DNA from: Pavona decussata
Lineage: Eukaryota
Reading direction: 5' to 3'
Assembly (NCBI GenBank): GCA_977016875.1
Contig: CDRNST010000197.1
Coordinates: 186,001-250,000, forward strand
DNA: 64,000 bases
Shown here: positions 60,113 to 64,000 of the stretch, piece after piece
Layout of the letters: each line of letters opens with the position of its first letter
How positions within the stretch are numbered: the first letter of the stretch is position 1
Notes under the pieces: model-generated
The model's input: the letters and a program-made list of their open reading frames with translations, nothing else
The model's database searches: none
What the model was told of the DNA's origin: nothing
Made by a program: the position numbers and the translations under genes

Positions 60113-62700
60113 ATGCCTCCTAAAGTCGACGTAACAGTGCTAATTGCAAAAAGGGACAGGGTTCATTATACGATCTTCTTGAAGAATTTAACATGCTTTG
60201 CGAAGTCCAACCAGTGATAAATATACTCGAAAACGTTTACAAAGAAGTGGAAATTAAGTACAGAAGCGTGAAAAAGCAACAAGAGACAATTGCGGACAAG
60301 TTGTGTGAAGTTAGCACAGAAGGTTCCGAAGAATTAATGAAAGTTAATCAAGGGCTCGGAGAAAAAGCCAAATTTGATTTTCTGCAATGCAGTGAAAAAT
60401 TCGCAACTTATCAAAAGGCGTGCGGCGTTCAAAAATCGTCCGTTGAACACAATGCGCTTGATGTTATGGCAGAAGCAGTGACAAAAATGGCCGAAGTGTT
60501 AAGCTCGCAAAAGAACGTTAGTCACGGACTTGAGAAATTGTCAGTTCCAAAATGGGATGGCAACAGGAAAACTTATGCCACTTGGAAACGCGAATTTAAA
60601 TATTGGATGATCAAATATAAACAAGACGATGACGAACAGCTTCAGCGTCTCCGAAAAGCGCTTCCCAAAAACCCCTTTTGGTCCGATCAAGTTAAGCCAA
60701 GTACGACAATTGAGCAGGCGTGGAAAATTCTCGACTCGGAATTTAGTGATGAAAGAAAATTGATGGACACGTTGCTGAATGAAATTACTAATCTCAGACC
60801 TGTCAAAAGCGACTCATTCTCGCTTTCTCGTTACGCATCAAGAATCCAAAGCTTCGTAAATAACATGGAACAAAACGGTTGTCATGTAACAAGTTCCTCT
60901 GAAGCTCCCTTTGTTATGTCACAATTATTGTCCAAATTAGATGGCAAAGACAGTGTTGAATTTGGCCGCGAAATGCAGCGCACTGGAAAAAGAGAAAACG
61001 TGACAAATCTGATTGATTGGCTGTTGAATGAAGCAAGTCTGCGATCACGCATCAAAAGGGAAACTAATTATCAGCGAAGTAATTCAGGCGTCGGTTCCGA
61101 CAATCATGCCAACGATAGCGACGCAAATACCGATGAGAAATGCCCGCTTGGATGCGAATTAAGACACCTACTTTCGGCATGTCCTACTTATCAAAAGGCA
61201 GATGTAAACCAAAGATGGGAAATTGTAAAACAAAACAACCGTTGCAGAAAATGCCTACGTGCTCATCACACGAACATTTGTAAAAAACCCGATGGCACTA
61301 CTTGCAACAAATGCACTCGACGCCATCACCGTTCCCTACATAACGAAAGCATGTCAACGACAGAAACCAGACAAGATCCTGAAAATGTATCGGCTTCAAA
61401 TGCAAGCCAAGAGGCCAGTAATAACAATATTCAAGGAAAAAGAAGCGTTCTCTCTATTTGCCCTGTCCAAATGGTGAAGATAAGAGACAAAGACGGAAAT
61501 TACATCGAAGTATTAGCTATGCTCAATAGTGGTTCAAACACAAGCTTCATCTCAAAGAATGTTGCAAAGAAACGTGGGATCCGTGGTTACAAAACACATC
61601 TCACGATGAACCTCGCAGGAGGTCAAAAGAAGTCTGAAGAATCGGAGCTCATCGATCTAGCTGTTTCCTCTACCCTGGAACAATGCGTTAAGAAATCTAT
61701 GCAAGCTTATGCCATTAACAAGCCATGCAGTTCAGCGAGAACAGTTTCAAGAACAGCATTAGAAAGATATCCTCATTTAAAACCAATCGCAAACAATTTG
61801 CATTTATCAGGTGGAACAGTGGACCTGTTGATTGGTACAGATTTTGCAGACGCCTTCAATGCATGCGGAGAGCCGATAGCTAAACGAAATTGCTTTGGGT
61901 GGTATGTCATCGGAACATTTGCTGGTCAAGTAAATCAGCAGTTGACAAGAATTAGTTCAGTGGATGTTGGAACTGTCAGCGTGCTAGAGGACATGAAGAA
62001 ACTTCTCACTCAAGATTTGATGGGAGTGAGACCAACCGAACTCTGTACGTGTAGAGATAGCGATCTCCAGGAGAACAAGTTTATCAAATCGATTTTGGAG
62101 TCCACCAAAATCATAGACGGCAGAGTACAGGTTCGAATGCCCTGGAGAGGAAATGGACCTCCAAATGAATCTAACTACGACGCTGCTTACAAGAGAATGA
62201 TTTCTGCAGAAAAGTCCTTCAAGAAAAAGGATTGCACCGAAATAATCGACTCTGAAGTACAAAAGCTGGTAGAACTAGACGTCATCACAGAAATACCCCC
62301 TTCAGAAGTGAATCACAATCTGCCAGAATGGTATCTTCCTTTGCAAGTGGTATTCACTCCCGAGAGAACAACCCAAGTCAGACTAACTAGTGTTCGATGC
62401 AAGTGCGAAAGGTCCAAACGGAAAATCTCTCAATGACTACCTTGAAAAGGGACCGAACTACATTAACAGTTTATTAAACGTGTTAATGGCTTGGCGTTAT
62501 GATAATGTAGCATACACTGGAGACGTCCGAAAAATGTTCAACCAAGTATTGATCCACCCAGAAGATCAAGTCTTTCACCGTTTCCTATGGAGACCAAACG
62601 GATATGAGATGCCTAGAGTTTATCAGTGGAAAAGATTGAACTTCGGAGATAAACCGGCCCCAGACATCGCTGCTGGAGCTATCAACACCTTGGCAAAAGG
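60113..62700 (+). mobile_element. BEL/Pao LTR retrotransposon gag-protease-RT, frameshifted and 3'-truncated
   Basis: LEKLSVPKWDG (DUF1759-like gag), three Cys/His knuckles, protease MLNSGSNTSF, RT VFDASAK...SLND.LEKGPN...GDV.KMFNQV...RFLW...RL.FG. Frameshift at ~62385. No RNase H or integrase. Confidence 0.9.
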
Positions 62701-62939
62701 CCTTGCGCACGGTGTTGGTTACCACTGTAAAATTTTACTAACGACTTGTGTTTGATTGTAATTTATCGTCAGCAGAAGCCCAATTAGCTCCTGCATTCCT
62801 CACAAATGTGTGGATAGAAGGCTAAATATTACCATGTTTCTAGGTAGATGCACAGATAGCCTACGAGCGCGAAGTAAAAAGGGAAAGAATTTCGAAAACC
62901 AGTCGAAAAACCGCACTTCCGGCGTAACAAACAAGGAGT

Positions 62940-63175
62940 ATCGTGCGCTATCGTGCCTATTGGTACAGTCTCCAAATATTGTGCCTATCGTGCCAAGTTT
63001 TCGTTCCCTAATCGTGCCTATTTTGCGTTCCCTGATCGTGCCCACTTTTCGTTCCCTGATCGTGCCTTTTATCGTTCCTGTCGTGCCCTTATTTGCATTG
63101 TACACATCGTGCCCTTTATAAGGTATGAAGGTATGATGTGTTGTCCTATTGTTCCATATCGTGTGTATCGTTCCT
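62940..63175. repeat. ATCGTGCC-based tandem array with 24-bp core units
   Basis: Repeating atcgtgcc....ttt.cgttccct. Confidence 0.75.
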
Positions 63176-64000
63176 TCCACGCGCATAGTTCGTATATTAA
63201 CAAAACTAGACCGACATCATTCGTTTAGATCGTTCGAAGCGTTTGGCATTTTTAGTTTCGATTGTTTCAGGCGTTTGAGAGTGTAGATAAAATACATTGG
63301 CTTATCTTTCGCATCTCACGGCAACATGTTTTCGGTAAACCCTTTGCCTGTTATTAGAAATGAACCACCGAAGGAATAACAACTTTTCAATACGGATCTG
63401 TGCGTAACTACAAAAAATTGAAGGACAAATCAAGTAGATATCAATTATTACTACTGTATATTCGAAAAAATAAAAGCTACTTAAAACGCACCAAAAAAAA
63501 TTGACTTATCTTGATCAATCAGTTTTTCTCATGCCCAACAGCTCCAAAAGCCCACAAGAATCAGGGCCGCTTGGTGAATTGTGGCGTACTCAAGATATTT
63601 CAGCGCTTATTTTGCGTAAAAGCAAAATTTTATGAATGAAACATATCATTTTAATAGAACAGGATGCAAAGTTTAGAGTTTTTCAACAGTTTAAAAAAGA
63701 CATAACATCGACTGAGCTTGAAAGGACTACTTCAATATCCGTTCCTGAAGCGGAACGACCAATTAATCTGATCAAGAGTAATTAAATTTTACACTCTCGG
63801 GAACTGCAAATTTATCGTTAGTTTTGCTTCATTGTTTCTTTGCTTGATTCAGAAGGGAATATGGATTTCATTGGAAATAACTGCGGTTGGTTGACAGTTT
63901 ATTCCGATAAGGTCAGATTTATAACCAGTAAAATTATGAAGAGGAAACGCGGCAAGGTACGTAAACTAATGAAACGATCAAAACGCACCAAAACAGTCAA

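Noticed and set aside
62800-63228. ORFs with GTIRERK / IVPxxRSL repeats
   Set aside because: Artefacts of a 24-bp DNA tandem repeat that is open in several frames on both strands.

Overview
Eukaryotic, intron-containing, transposon-rich genomic DNA. It is most likely an anthozoan/stony coral (inference from the GT4 'LASEW' domain type, the SINE types and the LINE/Harbinger/BEL complement). There are two convergent host genes. (1) On the + strand, <1-~29874, is the 3' part of a giant gene (>5,200 codons in the window, start upstream). At least 11-12 exons were rebuilt from GT/AG sites with consistent phases, including several missed by the ORF track. It encodes furin-delimited N-terminal modules, ~31 tandem ~125-140 aa FN3-like repeats (one interrupted by a beta-propeller plus Cys-rich insert), a ZU5/GAIN-like domain ending in a GPS-like CHL|TQFA autoproteolysis motif, a Calx-beta domain, and a single TM helix plus short tail that is frameshifted in this sequence. 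(2) On the - strand, 40205-36064, is a three-exon 633-aa fusion of a GT4 (Glycos_transf_1) glycosyltransferase, an acidic linker, a RING finger and a degenerate NYN/PIN nuclease. Both enzyme domains have altered catalytic motifs. The rest is mobile DNA: a near full-length L1/Tx1 LINE, CR1/L2 fragments, a CRE-clade remnant carrying nested insertions, two SINEs, a two-gene Harbinger transposon, BEL/Pao LTR elements, many MITEs with clear TIRs/TSDs, and a small TSD-flanked hammerhead-ribozyme-bearing insertion. One assembly gap (22745-22905). All domain calls are by motif recognition, not database search.
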